This document shows positions 20,503-30,303 of a stretch of 64,000 nt of DNA, in pieces. Positions within the stretch are counted from its first letter, which is position 1; the number at the start of each line of letters is the position of its first letter. Origin of the DNA: a virus (Duplodnaviria; Heunggongvirae; Uroviricota; Caudoviricetes). The stretch is from positions 66,978 through 130,977 of the IMG/VR virus record IMGVR_UViG_3300029880_000003, one strand, 5' to 3'. Position numbers and translations under genes: made by a program. Under the pieces are notes generated by a model. It saw only the letters and a program-made list of their open reading frames with translations, was not told the DNA's origin and ran no database searches.

Positions 20503-21579
20503 TTATATAGTGGGGGTCTGTCCACGCAAGCGATTTCTGCGCTCTCTTTCCTTGATTCTCTTGTATTCTCGCCTATACTCATCGTGGCAACCTGGACATC
20601 TACAGGTCTTTGAGTCGTATATTCCTACCTCAAACCATAGTCCACAGTCAACACATTGAATATCTTTCGTTTGAGGTCTTAGATGGGATTCAAGGTTCTC
20701 AAGTATGATATCACCGTAACACAGCCACAGAGCCGTCTTGTTGTTGCTCTTCTTGATTCCGTATAGGAACTTTACCAATATATCGACAACATCATAGTTA
20801 TTGTAACCATAAAGAGAGAGGGCGTATCTTACGTCACTGAAAATCTTGCGATGCTTAGCCACTGTCCTAAGATAAGAATCAGAGCTGTTGTCCTTGTCTG
20901 AACACAACATGCTGTCAAGAGCAAGATAGTATTCCTTGTTAAACTCACAATACTTCACGATAACAGGATCGGTTTCCTCTTTGATGATTTTACCCTTGTC
21001 CGTAAAAGCAACATCGAACTCGATATCGGGATTCTTCATCATCAAGGTATAATCGATTTCATCAAGACCAAGCTTACGGCAGTTGATTCTTGGGTTTGGG
21101 ATGATTGCCTCAAGTTTATTTACGAAGCTTTCATTGGAGCCAAGCACCTGAGAATCCTTTTTGTCTTTTGCATACTTGAAAAAATGGGGGAGAGGGTCTT
21201 TTGTTAATTCATTGATTTTCTCGTCAATCTCATCTGGTCTTGTTGGCTTGTATAGAGTTTTCGCAAAATCTATAACGAAGTTGTTCTCCATACAAAGCAA
21301 TCTAATTACATCAATTGCATCACATTGCTCCTCGTGCGTTCCATCAACAAACACATCGCTGTTCCAAATCTTCGAAATGTTGTTGCTATAGATACCGATA
21401 TTCCCTCCAACAAACGCAGCATGAAGACCATCATAGATGGCGGCATTGTTGAGCGGACGCGGCTCAGCTTTCTTCATGTTGTAGTAGAGAGGGACGATAT
21501 CGAATTTCTCAAGATTTCTTTCTGCAACTTCAATAAGCGTCTTGTCTGCAACGACAAGCGACTTATCTCCATCAACCAA
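20503..21579 (-). CDS. hypothetical protein with C-terminal zinc ribbon and basic tail (possibly exon 2 of split gene)
   Basis: frame opens right after in-frame TAG (TAG CTA TAC AGG TTG…) with only TTG and no RBS; C-term CVDCGLWFEVGIYDSKTCRCPGCHDEY. Confidence 0.4.
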   Translation of the reverse strand: MVDGDKSLVVADKTLIEVAERNLEKFDIVPLYYNMKKAEPRPLNNAAIYDGLHAAFVGGNIGIYSNNISKIWNSDVFVDGTHEEQCDAIDVIRLLCMENNFVIDFAKTLYKPTRPDEIDEKINELTKDPLPHFFKYAKDKKDSQVLGSNESFVNKLEAIIPNPRINCRKLGLDEIDYTLMMKNPDIEFDVAFTDKGKIIKEETDPVIVKYCEFNKEYYLALDSMLCSDKDNSSDSYLRTVAKHRKIFSDVRYALSLYGYNNYDVVDILVKFLYGIKKSNNKTALWLCYGDIILENLESHLRPQTKDIQCVDCGLWFEVGIYDSKTCRCPGCHDEYRREYKRIKERERRNRLRGQTPTI

Positions 21580-21761
21580 CCTGTATAGCTACAGGTCAGA
21601 CTATATCATAACCATATCATTTCTGACTTAGGTTCTCGGCACTTCCAAATGAGGTGTCTCACCTCAAATGTACTCTACTCGGTTATTTATGTTTAACCAT
21701 ATCATTTTGACTTAGGTTAAACATTATCCTTTCGATAGTCGTTTGACATTTGTAAATTGAA

Positions 21762-22379
21762 TCATTCTTTTTCAAAACTCAAGCCCTTATATGTTTTATT
21801 GTTTCTGATGGATTTATCTATCTGACTACGTATTCCTTCCAACGAACAATTTTGCGCATAATGTTTCTGTATATATTCGCAACATTTTACAATATAGTCA
21901 AATTCTTTTATAAACTCGCCATCTAAAAACATTTTTATTTTTCTGCATCTACCATTTCTCAAGCCTTTACGCCCTTGTTTTTCTTTTGCGTATTCCTTGT
22001 TATTCGAGTATATCTCATGCAGCTTTCTATTCCCGTAATTTGGATTATTGCTTCCATGATAATCTGGCATGTTACATTTGCTATACCTTACATTATCAAT
22101 TCTTGATATCCATTCTAAATTATCAACATTTGAATTAGATCTATCGTAATCCTTATGATTCACCTCTGGTAAATTATCTGGGTTCGGTATATAAGCAAGT
22201 GCCACTAGTCTAGCAATTCTAACTGATCGCCATCCTTTATTCGGCACCTTTATAGAGCATATCGAATAACCATCTTTATTATATCTGGTATTCCTTAACT
22301 CACCATTCCAAATAACTTTCCCATCCCTGCTAACCTTTACGGGTGTTCCAAAATAATCTATTTCTTTGTATTCGTCCAT
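21762..22379 (-). CDS. HNH homing endonuclease (HNH_3 / AP2-type)
   Basis: VNHKDYDRSNSNVDNLEW motif; strong GAGGAGG RBS; AT-rich; flanked by about 180 and 160 nt of non-coding DNA. Confidence 0.75.
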   Translation of the reverse strand: MDEYKEIDYFGTPVKVSRDGKVIWNGELRNTRYNKDGYSICSIKVPNKGWRSVRIARLVALAYIPNPDNLPEVNHKDYDRSNSNVDNLEWISRIDNVRYSKCNMPDYHGSNNPNYGNRKLHEIYSNNKEYAKEKQGRKGLRNGRCRKIKMFLDGEFIKEFDYIVKCCEYIQKHYAQNCSLEGIRSQIDKSIRNNKTYKGLSFEKE

Positions 22380-22536
22380 TCTGCCTCCTCAGCAGAATGA
22401 TTCAATTTACACTTTGCACAGGATTCCAAAATGGTTCCCTGTTAGCATGGCTCCTAGCTGTCATTTCCTACAGCTCCTATATGTAAGCCATACACCCCAG
22501 ATGTCTGGGTTCACCGAGTTTTATATCCCTGTATTT

Positions 22537-24387
22537 CTACAGGGTTCGACATTTATGGTCATCGAATTGAAGAATCTTGCTTATCAAATCCTTACAGCTT
22601 GTATAAACCGCATCGGTAACGAACCATTCCCGAAGTTTCTTCTGTCGTTCCTTATACTCTCTGCAAGCGATATTCTTTCTGATTGCATGTTCCATGAAGA
22701 GGTGCGGCGATCTCAGGCAATCAAGCTTGTCATCCTTCCTGAACAACCAACAGAAGACCTCTCCATCGTCAAGCAACCCATTTGGATTCTCCTCTCCTAG
22801 AAACCAATGCTCGCACGCAGCATAGAAATCTGGGAGCAGGAAAGTGTATTTACCTCGCACATTCAGCTTGCCAGACTTGCATTTCTTGATGATGCTGTCC
22901 TTGATGCTTCTCAAATGAGATTTCGCATACTCGTCATTCAGCAAATCTGGATACAAATCGATTGATTCTTGAAAAGCAGTCTTGTTCGTGTTATACGGTG
23001 TTACACCAAACGCATCCTTGATATTCTTGACAGAAGAGCAGAGGTTCTTAAGCTTGCCAACGGACTGTCCAGATATCTCAGCAATCTCATCGTCTGTGAT
23101 ATCAGTCAAACTCTGCAACATCTGATAGTTGATTGTCGCGTCCTTTATCCTGTCTTCCTCAAGGTTCGTGTACCCAGCAGAGCAATTGTACTTCTTGTAG
23201 TTCTCCTTGTACTCATCCCATGAGTCATAGTATTTGTACATCTTGAACTGACTTTTGCAGAAGACAACCTGTATATCCTCTGCGATGATATCATGCTCTT
23301 TGCCGTAGATATCCTTCAGAACAGGAGAGCATCCGTGTTCCTCTATGAACTTGACGAAATCGAACACACCGAGCAATCCCTTCACCCAGGGGAGCCGAAC
23401 CATCCTGTTCTTACCCATGCATGGAAGCATCATACCAGCACCATCTGTGTGGGTAATCGGCACATGCTTGTTTTGACGCTTGATGGAGTAGTCTGTCTCA
23501 TCAACCAAATCGTATGTACCTAAAACATCAGTCTCGAAATCGTCAACCACAATCGTCTTGTCGATATCGAACTCTTCCCAAACATCTGTTGCGGAGTTAG
23601 CCAAAGCCATGTAAGCCAGATGCTTGTTCGGGTTGTTGCCGCCCTTTGCGTTGATCTTGTCGATTGTCAATCCGCACATCAACGACCTCTCGTACTTCTT
23701 CCACACGGACTCTCTCACGAACACGCACTTCTTTGTTCTGATCTGTCCAGCAGAAGAGGTGAAGTACACGTACTTCTCTCCCTCGAACATGAACCCATGG
23801 TAAATCAAGTCCTTGATGACATCGAAGTAGTATACCTGAATAACCATGAAGTCCTTGCAAAGCTCATCTTGCTCGGCTCCGATTGTCCTTGTGAAGTAGG
23901 AGTCAAAAACAGAGATGATGTTCTTATCGGCGATAGCCTCATCACGCAGCTCTCTGATATGATGTGTACCATTTGACCTTATGTTAGCCTCAACCTTGTT
24001 AGCCAAGAGAAGAAGAAGGTTGTCTTTTGCTTCCTTTGCCTTTTTGTTCTTCATGCGAACAATGTCCTTCTGCTTGGAGTACCTATGCCCAAGCTCGGTC
24101 ATCATCTCTGCATCCTCGCCGTATCCAGAGAAGTCGAACTCGTTCTTCGCGACAGACTTCAAATCATCGTCTGAGACACCGTATTCGCGCAGCTTCTTCT
24201 TGATATCCCCAAGCCCCATGACGGTTCGCTTGACTCTGCCGTTCGACCCCTTGAAGGTGTAGCCGTTAACAAGCTGGTTTCTCTCGGATCTCAACCTATG
24301 GTTCTGCATGTGCAGGTTCTTTTCCTCGTTGCTGTAGAAATCAGCAGTGTCAAAGCAATAAATCTGAATTTGCTTGTCTAATGCCAT
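22537..24387 (-). CDS. large hypothetical protein (possible nucleic-acid enzyme/replication; function unknown)
   Basis: 616-aa ORF; possible AEP-like DxD (IVVDDFETD) but no confident family assignment. Confidence 0.45.
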   Translation of the reverse strand: MALDKQIQIYCFDTADFYSNEEKNLHMQNHRLRSERNQLVNGYTFKGSNGRVKRTVMGLGDIKKKLREYGVSDDDLKSVAKNEFDFSGYGEDAEMMTELGHRYSKQKDIVRMKNKKAKEAKDNLLLLLANKVEANIRSNGTHHIRELRDEAIADKNIISVFDSYFTRTIGAEQDELCKDFMVIQVYYFDVIKDLIYHGFMFEGEKYVYFTSSAGQIRTKKCVFVRESVWKKYERSLMCGLTIDKINAKGGNNPNKHLAYMALANSATDVWEEFDIDKTIVVDDFETDVLGTYDLVDETDYSIKRQNKHVPITHTDGAGMMLPCMGKNRMVRLPWVKGLLGVFDFVKFIEEHGCSPVLKDIYGKEHDIIAEDIQVVFCKSQFKMYKYYDSWDEYKENYKKYNCSAGYTNLEEDRIKDATINYQMLQSLTDITDDEIAEISGQSVGKLKNLCSSVKNIKDAFGVTPYNTNKTAFQESIDLYPDLLNDEYAKSHLRSIKDSIIKKCKSGKLNVRGKYTFLLPDFYAACEHWFLGEENPNGLLDDGEVFCWLFRKDDKLDCLRSPHLFMEHAIRKNIACREYKERQKKLREWFVTDAVYTSCKDLISKILQFDDHKCRTL

Positions 24388-24540
24388 ACAATACCTTCCT
24401 TTCTTTTGCTATTCTTCGTTTTTTCATCGTTTTCTTCGCATCCATATTCGTTTTTCAAAGTACATAGGTTTCTTCGTGTATAACCTTATCAGTTAATAAT
24501 AATATAAAAAATAACAGTTCTCAAATTAAAAATAAATTAT

Positions 24541-24726
24541 TTACAATCGCCAATCATCGAACAGGTCATCGCCGTACTCCTTGTAGAACCATCCAGCGTA
24601 GTCGTAGAAGTTATCGCCTTCCTCAACATCGTCTACGCATGATATATACTCTCGATCGTCCGATGGTGGATAGAAATCCTTCTCAGTTAAAACATCGTTG
24701 ACCATCTTTCTCTTGCTGTTCGCCAT
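24541..24726 (-). CDS. small acidic hypothetical protein
   Basis: 61-aa ORF. Confidence 0.3.
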   Translation of the reverse strand: MANSKRKMVNDVLTEKDFYPPSDDREYISCVDDVEEGDNFYDYAGWFYKEYGDDLFDDWRL

Positions 24727-24747
24727 TCAATCACTTCCTCAGCGGCT

Positions 24748-25653
24748 CTAACTTGCCGCACTCGCTTTTGTCTTATTTGCTTTTTTGACCCTGCTTTGCA
24801 CAATGAGCCTTTTCTTAGCAGATATCTCCAAACCATAATATGCGCTTCCAGATGCAAGAAGCATATCGCCGTCCCTCTTATACCAATTGCAGAACAATGT
24901 GCAATCCGTTCGCCATTCACCATCAAATCTGAGCCTTGGCATATGCTCGAAGTATATGATCTTCAAATCCTTAAGAAGATGAATGTACTTCGAGGCAACG
25001 TATTCGGTAAGCCCAACATCGATTGCAATGTCTTTGAAATATGCATTGCATGACTCAGGATACTTATCCCTTCTTTTGGTGATGTCGGAATCGCTTGCCT
25101 CATCATCTCCGATGCCGATTTCATCATAATGAAGCTCGTTCCTTCGCCTCGGTATGCTCAACCTGAGATATGCCAGTATCAGAAGCATCGCGTCCTTGTT
25201 GGGCGGTCTGCCTTTCTTGTCTTCTTCCGTATAAGACAGAACCTTGATTATCTCGTCAACATACAGGATGCCGAATCTTTCCTCGGAGCATTTATCGTTC
25301 AGAAAGTCGATGTTGAAGCTTGCATCGGTCTGCTCTGTGTTCTTCGGATCGCCATCAACATCAATGTAGCCAAGCCCCTCAAGATAGGACACCGTGGACG
25401 CTAGGGCATCGTTGCCGTATCCCTTCTTCCTGCTAGGCTTCCGTCCCATCCACTTCGACAACTCGTTCAATGTGAACGTCATGTCTCCGTATATTCCCCT
25501 CATCGATGCGAAGAACGAGTAAACAGAGATTCGTTTGTCATCATCTCCGCAATCAAGAATCAAACTCTCTGGCACCCTGATAAATGCCCTCTCTTTGCTG
25601 TCAAGCTTTCTTTCACCAACATATTCGACATCATTGCCCTTAAAACGCCTCAA
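24748..25653 (-). CDS. hypothetical protein, candidate replication initiator/regulator adjacent to iteron region
   Basis: first gene of leftward operon next to repeat-rich ORF-free region. Confidence 0.3.
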   Translation of the reverse strand: MRRFKGNDVEYVGERKLDSKERAFIRVPESLILDCGDDDKRISVYSFFASMRGIYGDMTFTLNELSKWMGRKPSRKKGYGNDALASTVSYLEGLGYIDVDGDPKNTEQTDASFNIDFLNDKCSEERFGILYVDEIIKVLSYTEEDKKGRPPNKDAMLLILAYLRLSIPRRRNELHYDEIGIGDDEASDSDITKRRDKYPESCNAYFKDIAIDVGLTEYVASKYIHLLKDLKIIYFEHMPRLRFDGEWRTDCTLFCNWYKRDGDMLLASGSAYYGLEISAKKRLIVQSRVKKANKTKASAAS

Positions 25654-26090
25654 CTAAATCACCTGCCTAACGACCTGCATATGACATCATCGAATACAAA
25701 TAAGATGATATCATATTGATCTTATATGTAAAGAGCATCTTCACCTCAACACATAACCCACACATATTCAAATGCAACCAATGCATTGAAAGCATAATAG
25801 AACGACCAATCGATAGCGTCAATGGCTGATTTTAATTTTGACACGCAAAACGTACCCAAAATTTTTAAAATGCGAATTATGGTTACAACATGCGTGTCAA
25901 AACTGCGGCGGTAATTATATATATAATAATATATAGTATATAAGGCGCAAGCGCCCCGACCGCGTGTACTCAGGAGGATACGTATCTAGACCGAGAGCGT
26001 ATCTTGAGTGTAGCTGTATTTTGGGGTAGACGTTATATCTAGGATAAGTTTTATCCTGGGGTAGGTTTTATTTAGAGGTATATATTAACT

Positions 26091-26430
26091 TCGATTGCTA
26101 ACGCAATCTCAGATATTAACTTCGTAAGCTTATGCTCGCTAACGCTCACACGCTTACGTTAGCTTCGTATTCTAACGAATACTCAGCGCTCAGGATATTA
26201 TCTAGCTTCGCTAACGCTCAGCGTTTCCAGCTTCATATCTTCTTAGGTTAGATCGTTAAGCATCAGTTGCCAATCATCGCGTTCTGTTGCGATTACATTA
26301 GTTTTCACATTAGATTACATTACATTACATTAGATTAGATTACATTAGATTAGATTAGATTAGTTTTCACATTAGTTTCTATCAGTCAATTTCGATTGCT
26401 AATGCAATCATTTTTCGATTGCTAACGCTC
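26091..26430. promoter_or_regulatory. repeated operator-like palindrome TTCGATTGCTAACGCAATC (3 copies) and CGCTAACGCTCA repeats
   Basis: copies at about 26091, 26391, 26413. Confidence 0.45.
26308..26372. repeat. hexamer tandem repeat (ATTAGA/ATTACA)n flanked by direct repeat TAGTTTTCACATTAG
   Basis: cattacattacattagattagattacattagattagattagattag. Confidence 0.8.
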
Positions 26431-27344
26431 AACTACTTCAAAGAATAGATACACAATGTCTTATTACATAGATATAACGTCTTATTGATCGCACCTATTA
26501 TCTACATACGGTATAGCTCACAATATTCTCACCAGTATGGATACACATCAAACCCAATAGTTTTCTTTATCATCAGATATTGTCGAACTGGTATATGACC
26601 TGGGATTATATGTCTTTTAAAGCATACTGGCTCCTTGCTTGACACGGGCTTCCATACTGCATACGTTTCATTTATTTCATCAGCTTATGTTGTCACGATA
26701 TTGTTATTATGTAGATAGTTCATCTCTATATTGTTGTTATGTAGTTGATATGTAGTCAATTAAATATAGTCTCTTTTCGGCTTGCTGCCTGGGTTTACGA
26801 GGTTTTCCTTGCTACCTGGGCTTTTTTGTTTTCGTTGGATTTATTCGTAGGTCATGTAGTAACTGTGTAGCTGTCATGTAGTCGTGTTTTCAGACAAGTT
26901 TTTAGGTGGGCGAGGGGTTGCTTGGATGGGTTTGAGCGGTGGTCTATGGGTTGAATCTTCGGTAGTGATTTAGGCGATATAGATGTTTTGGGTTAGGAGT
27001 GTTTAGGTGCGATTGATGGTTGGGTTGGTTTGGTGAACGGTTTGGATACGTGATCTGGATGTCTTGGGTATGGCTTGATTTTTAGGTTCGTTATACGTGT
27101 GTGAAACACGTGGTGGCGTTTGCCAAAATCAAATAGCGTTCAAAAGTTTTAAACAGGGGTAGGGTGCTACCTTATGCAGTTTTGTAACATTGAATTCTAA
27201 TTCCTATAGGTTTACTAGGATATAAATTTTTCGAACATGTGTTCGTGTTTTTTTGGGACTCCTGGAACAAAAAAAATTTGGGGGTGTTACAAAAATTTTT
27301 TGTAATTGTGTTTCATTATAAGGGGCGGCGCTGGTTAATAAAGA

Positions 27345-27431
27345 ACTACTTATAAAATATAATTATAAAATATAACTATTTTACTTATAAAATATAACTA
27401 TAAAATATAATTATAAAATATAACTATCTAC
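27345..27431. repeat. AT-rich tandem repeat (TATAAAATATAAYTA)n, candidate DNA unwinding element
   Basis: ttataaaatataattataaaatataactattttacttataaaatataactataaaatataattataaaatataactatc. Confidence 0.75.
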
Positions 27432-27440
27432 CTAAAACCG

Positions 27441-27565
27441 ATACCCTAAACTCATAGCCTAACGCTATCATTCCACCAACCCATAGCCTACGCCTATCAA
27501 TTCCCTATTCCATAGTCCTACACTATCAATTCTCAAACCTATAGCCTCACGCTATCAATTAACCA
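27441..27565. repeat. four iteron-like direct repeats ATAGCCTACGCCTATCAATTC with period about 29 bp
   Basis: atagcctaacgctatcattcc / atagcctacgcctatcaattcc / atagtcctacactatcaattct / atagcctcacgctatcaattaa. Confidence 0.7.
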
Positions 27566-27844
27566 AACTAAACTATTCGCCCACGTTATCGAACTTATAA
27601 CAAACTCAAATACCACGCTATAAGCCGCTCTAAGCCGTTCTAAGCCCCTATTTCCGATTCTAGGCAATAAGCACCCTACCTAACCCGTTATCGACCGTTA
27701 CACGCCATAGTACCAGGTCAAACCCTATATTTAGGTTGTCTAACTATCCATTCATAGTCTATAGCTATCAATACCATACTGAATAACCTATTGATATATC
27801 CTTATAGCTATGGTATTCGCGCGTACTATAACGTATGGCACCTA

Positions 27845-27950
27845 TTAGTTAACCATAGCTAACTTACTGTTATAGCCTGAACCTATAACCAACTATAAGC
27901 GTAGCCTATAGCTAGGATCCATAGTTAACCATGGTTAACTTATACAATGC
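27845..27950. repeat. two copies of 21-bp palindromic element TAGTTAACCATGGTTAACTTA
   Basis: tagttaaccatagctaactta and tagttaaccatggttaactta. Confidence 0.6.
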
Positions 27951-28502
27951 GAACGCGCCAAACCATAGGGCGAACGCCTGAAACCTCGTTTAACGTGTCT
28001 AGAATCCATCCTAAGTCCATATAACGCTAAACGTGAACGCTTATAGCTTAAAGCACTAAACGCGCCTGAAACAGGCTTAGAACAGTCTTATATGCGATTG
28101 TGAAGAAACTGTGAACGAAAACAGTTTGGTACTAGACAACTAAAAACGAATGCGTAATATATAAAGCGTCCCAAGGGGGACGGGGCGAGCGCCGAACGAT
28201 TGGAGGCTTTAGGCGCGAAGTCAATCGAATACATGCGAATACTACGCTTATATAGTGGTAGTCTGGTTTATTGCAAATCGCAATGAATCAGGAGGGACAA
28301 CTATATAGGACGTATAGGCAAAAACTATAAAACTAGTTGGCGGTATCATTTGCCGTAAAACGTGGAGTAGTTAGTAACCGAAACCGCTCGCAACTTGACA
28401 ATCGAATAAATGCGCACCTACCCGCGCGGTAGGGCATGGGATTCATTCTCTTACAACGTGGGCTATCTGCTAGGGCGTATAACCTAGTGGTTAGGATTTA
28501 TC

Positions 28503-28814
28503 ATGTTTGAAACTGTAACTTTCCACTTGAACGCAATGGATGTACGCGATGCTTGCATTAAGAATGATTGGTATAACGCGGGTTCATGCAAGGACTATAG
28601 CGTTTTGCTTGATTATGTTGATGAACATTTGAGCGAGTTTGACACAGCGTATATGCCTATCCTTATGGGCAAGCTTGAATATGTTGCTGAAAACATACGG
28701 AAACATACCGATTGGGACGAAAACGCCTATGATTGTACGGTTAGCGAATTTGAGGCGAACATTGCGTCTGTTTTGTTGGACGACTATGCACAATGGACGG
28801 TCGAATTGTTGTAG
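28503..28814 (+). CDS. hypothetical early protein
   Basis: 103-aa ORF. Confidence 0.45.
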   Translation: MFETVTFHLNAMDVRDACIKNDWYNAGSCKDYSVLLDYVDEHLSEFDTAYMPILMGKLEYVAENIRKHTDWDENAYDCTVSEFEANIASVLLDDYAQWTVELL

Positions 28815-28878
28815 TGGAATAGGACGATAAGCGCAAGGGGCAACCCTTGCCACGTCCTAGCAGGTAGCCATAAAACGA

Positions 28879-29238
28879 TTGATAGGGGATAAAATGAAAC
28901 TCCGTAGTATGAGCGCCGAAGTAGAACACGTTTCTAACATTACGCTTGAGTTGGCAAACGGCGAAACTGTAGAGCTTGAGAACGCCTATGTTCTCTGGTC
29001 ATACGCTAGCCGTGTTGCCGTGTACTGCAAAATGCGCGTTTACCTGTTGCCGCGATACGATTATTCCGTGACAACATGGAAGCACGTACATGCATTTATT
29101 CAGGACTATTGCCCTGGTGTGCGTGACTATGACGCAAAAACCATGCGTTACCATGCAAAACATGAGCTTAATAACGGTGAATACATGTTTGCAAACGGTA
29201 TTGTCAACACGTACAGCGGCAAAGTGAGTGCGTACTAA
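28879..29238 (+). CDS. hypothetical early protein
   Basis: 119-aa ORF. Confidence 0.45.
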   Translation: MIGDKMKLRSMSAEVEHVSNITLELANGETVELENAYVLWSYASRVAVYCKMRVYLLPRYDYSVTTWKHVHAFIQDYCPGVRDYDAKTMRYHAKHELNNGEYMFANGIVNTYSGKVSAY

Positions 29239-29380
29239 TGGAACAGTTTGTGGAACTATTCGGTATCATGCTTTTTGTTGGTATAGAATGCTTTCTACTA
29301 GGAACAGCATACGAACGCAAGAAGTATGAGAACAAACGCGATAGGCGCTAAACAAAGCGGATAGCCTACATTGTAGGGGA

Positions 29381-29770
29381 ATGGATCTATGGATACTACG
29401 CAACTACTGCGTAGTTACGATAGCCTACATTGCAGGGCGCAAGATTGGACGGTGTACTATGATTGAATACAACGCCTATGAGTTCTGCGAGGGTTCCGAA
29501 GATTGGCAAGGTTTCGAAATGTCATATGAGGTTCATGTCAACGGCAAGGATCGCGGTAGGGCTGGTTTCGGCGGCTTGTTCATGTACAATGTAACGCCCG
29601 ATGTTGTGCGCGTATATGCGTATGACGGTGACGAGGAACGTACTCTGATGAATTGGAACGAGAAAACACAAGGCAAAAGCATGGATTATGCTAATGATGA
29701 CTTGTCGGGTTTCTCTGATGATTTTGTTCAAGAATTGCTATATGCTTGCTTTGAAAGCGATATTTGGTAA
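29381..29770 (+). CDS. hypothetical acidic protein (start uncertain, possibly 29456)
   Basis: ORF. Confidence 0.4.
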   Translation: MDLWILRNYCVVTIAYIAGRKIGRCTMIEYNAYEFCEGSEDWQGFEMSYEVHVNGKDRGRAGFGGLFMYNVTPDVVRVYAYDGDEERTLMNWNEKTQGKSMDYANDDLSGFSDDFVQELLYACFESDIW

Positions 29771-29854
29771 AACTACTATGTTGCGCCTTGCAACGTGGGC
29801 TATCTGTATAATCGGCTATCTGCCAGGGTGTAAACCTAGTAGAAAGGAATAGCA

Positions 29855-30121
29855 ATGGTCGAGTTTGTTTTTTATGACGGCGAGTATCCCAATTTGTGCA
29901 GTGGAACCCTCATGCTCAGCATTGATGGGGAAACCGTTGAATTTCCCAAATACTGCATGCGTTCAGGCGGCTCCGTTTGGTTCGATGACGAGTGGAACGA
30001 GCATGTAGAGTGTGGGGAATGGTCTGTAGAGGTTCCCGAAAAGTATGCACATCTTCAAAAAGAAATCGAAGATTGTGTGAACTCTAATGTGCCGTGCGGC
30101 TGCTGTGGAGGTTGCATCTAA
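29855..30121 (+). CDS. Cys-rich small protein ending CGCCGGCI (paralog of 63144..63482)
   Basis: YPNLCSGTLML… …CGCCGGCI-stop. Confidence 0.5.
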   Translation: MVEFVFYDGEYPNLCSGTLMLSIDGETVEFPKYCMRSGGSVWFDDEWNEHVECGEWSVEVPEKYAHLQKEIEDCVNSNVPCGCCGGCI

Positions 30122-30303
30122 TGGAAAAACTGATGCAGTTTATCGCCGACAATGGCGAAACCTATGGGGTCAATATGAGTATGGTTATGACCGTGCTCGC
30201 TCCCGAAGAAATGGAAAACCTGGGCAATCAAGGTGAAAAGGCAATGCATAATTTTTTCGCCGAAGAGTTCGATCGATTGTTTGACCAGGCATTTTCCTAC
30301 TAA
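30121..30303 (+). CDS. small acidic hypothetical protein (TAATG-coupled)
   Basis: ATG overlaps upstream stop. Confidence 0.4.
   Translation: MEKLMQFIADNGETYGVNMSMVMTVLAPEEMENLGNQGEKAMHNFFAEEFDRLFDQAFSY

Noticed and set aside
20503-21579. Anaerobic ribonucleotide reductase (NrdD) identity for the Zn-ribbon-ending protein
   Set aside because: A C-terminal Cys cluster is present, but no glycyl-radical motif (RxCGY) follows it, and there is no ATP-cone or NrdD core resemblance.
22366-22800. 144-aa plus-strand ORF
   Set aside because: It overlaps the 3' end of the 616-aa minus-strand gene and the putative intron flank, so it is a shadow ORF.
27441-27565. Possible CRISPR-like repeat-spacer array
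   Set aside because: Inter-repeat segments are only 7-8 bp, the repeats are imperfect, and an AT-rich tandem repeat is adjacent. This is the architecture of origin iterons.
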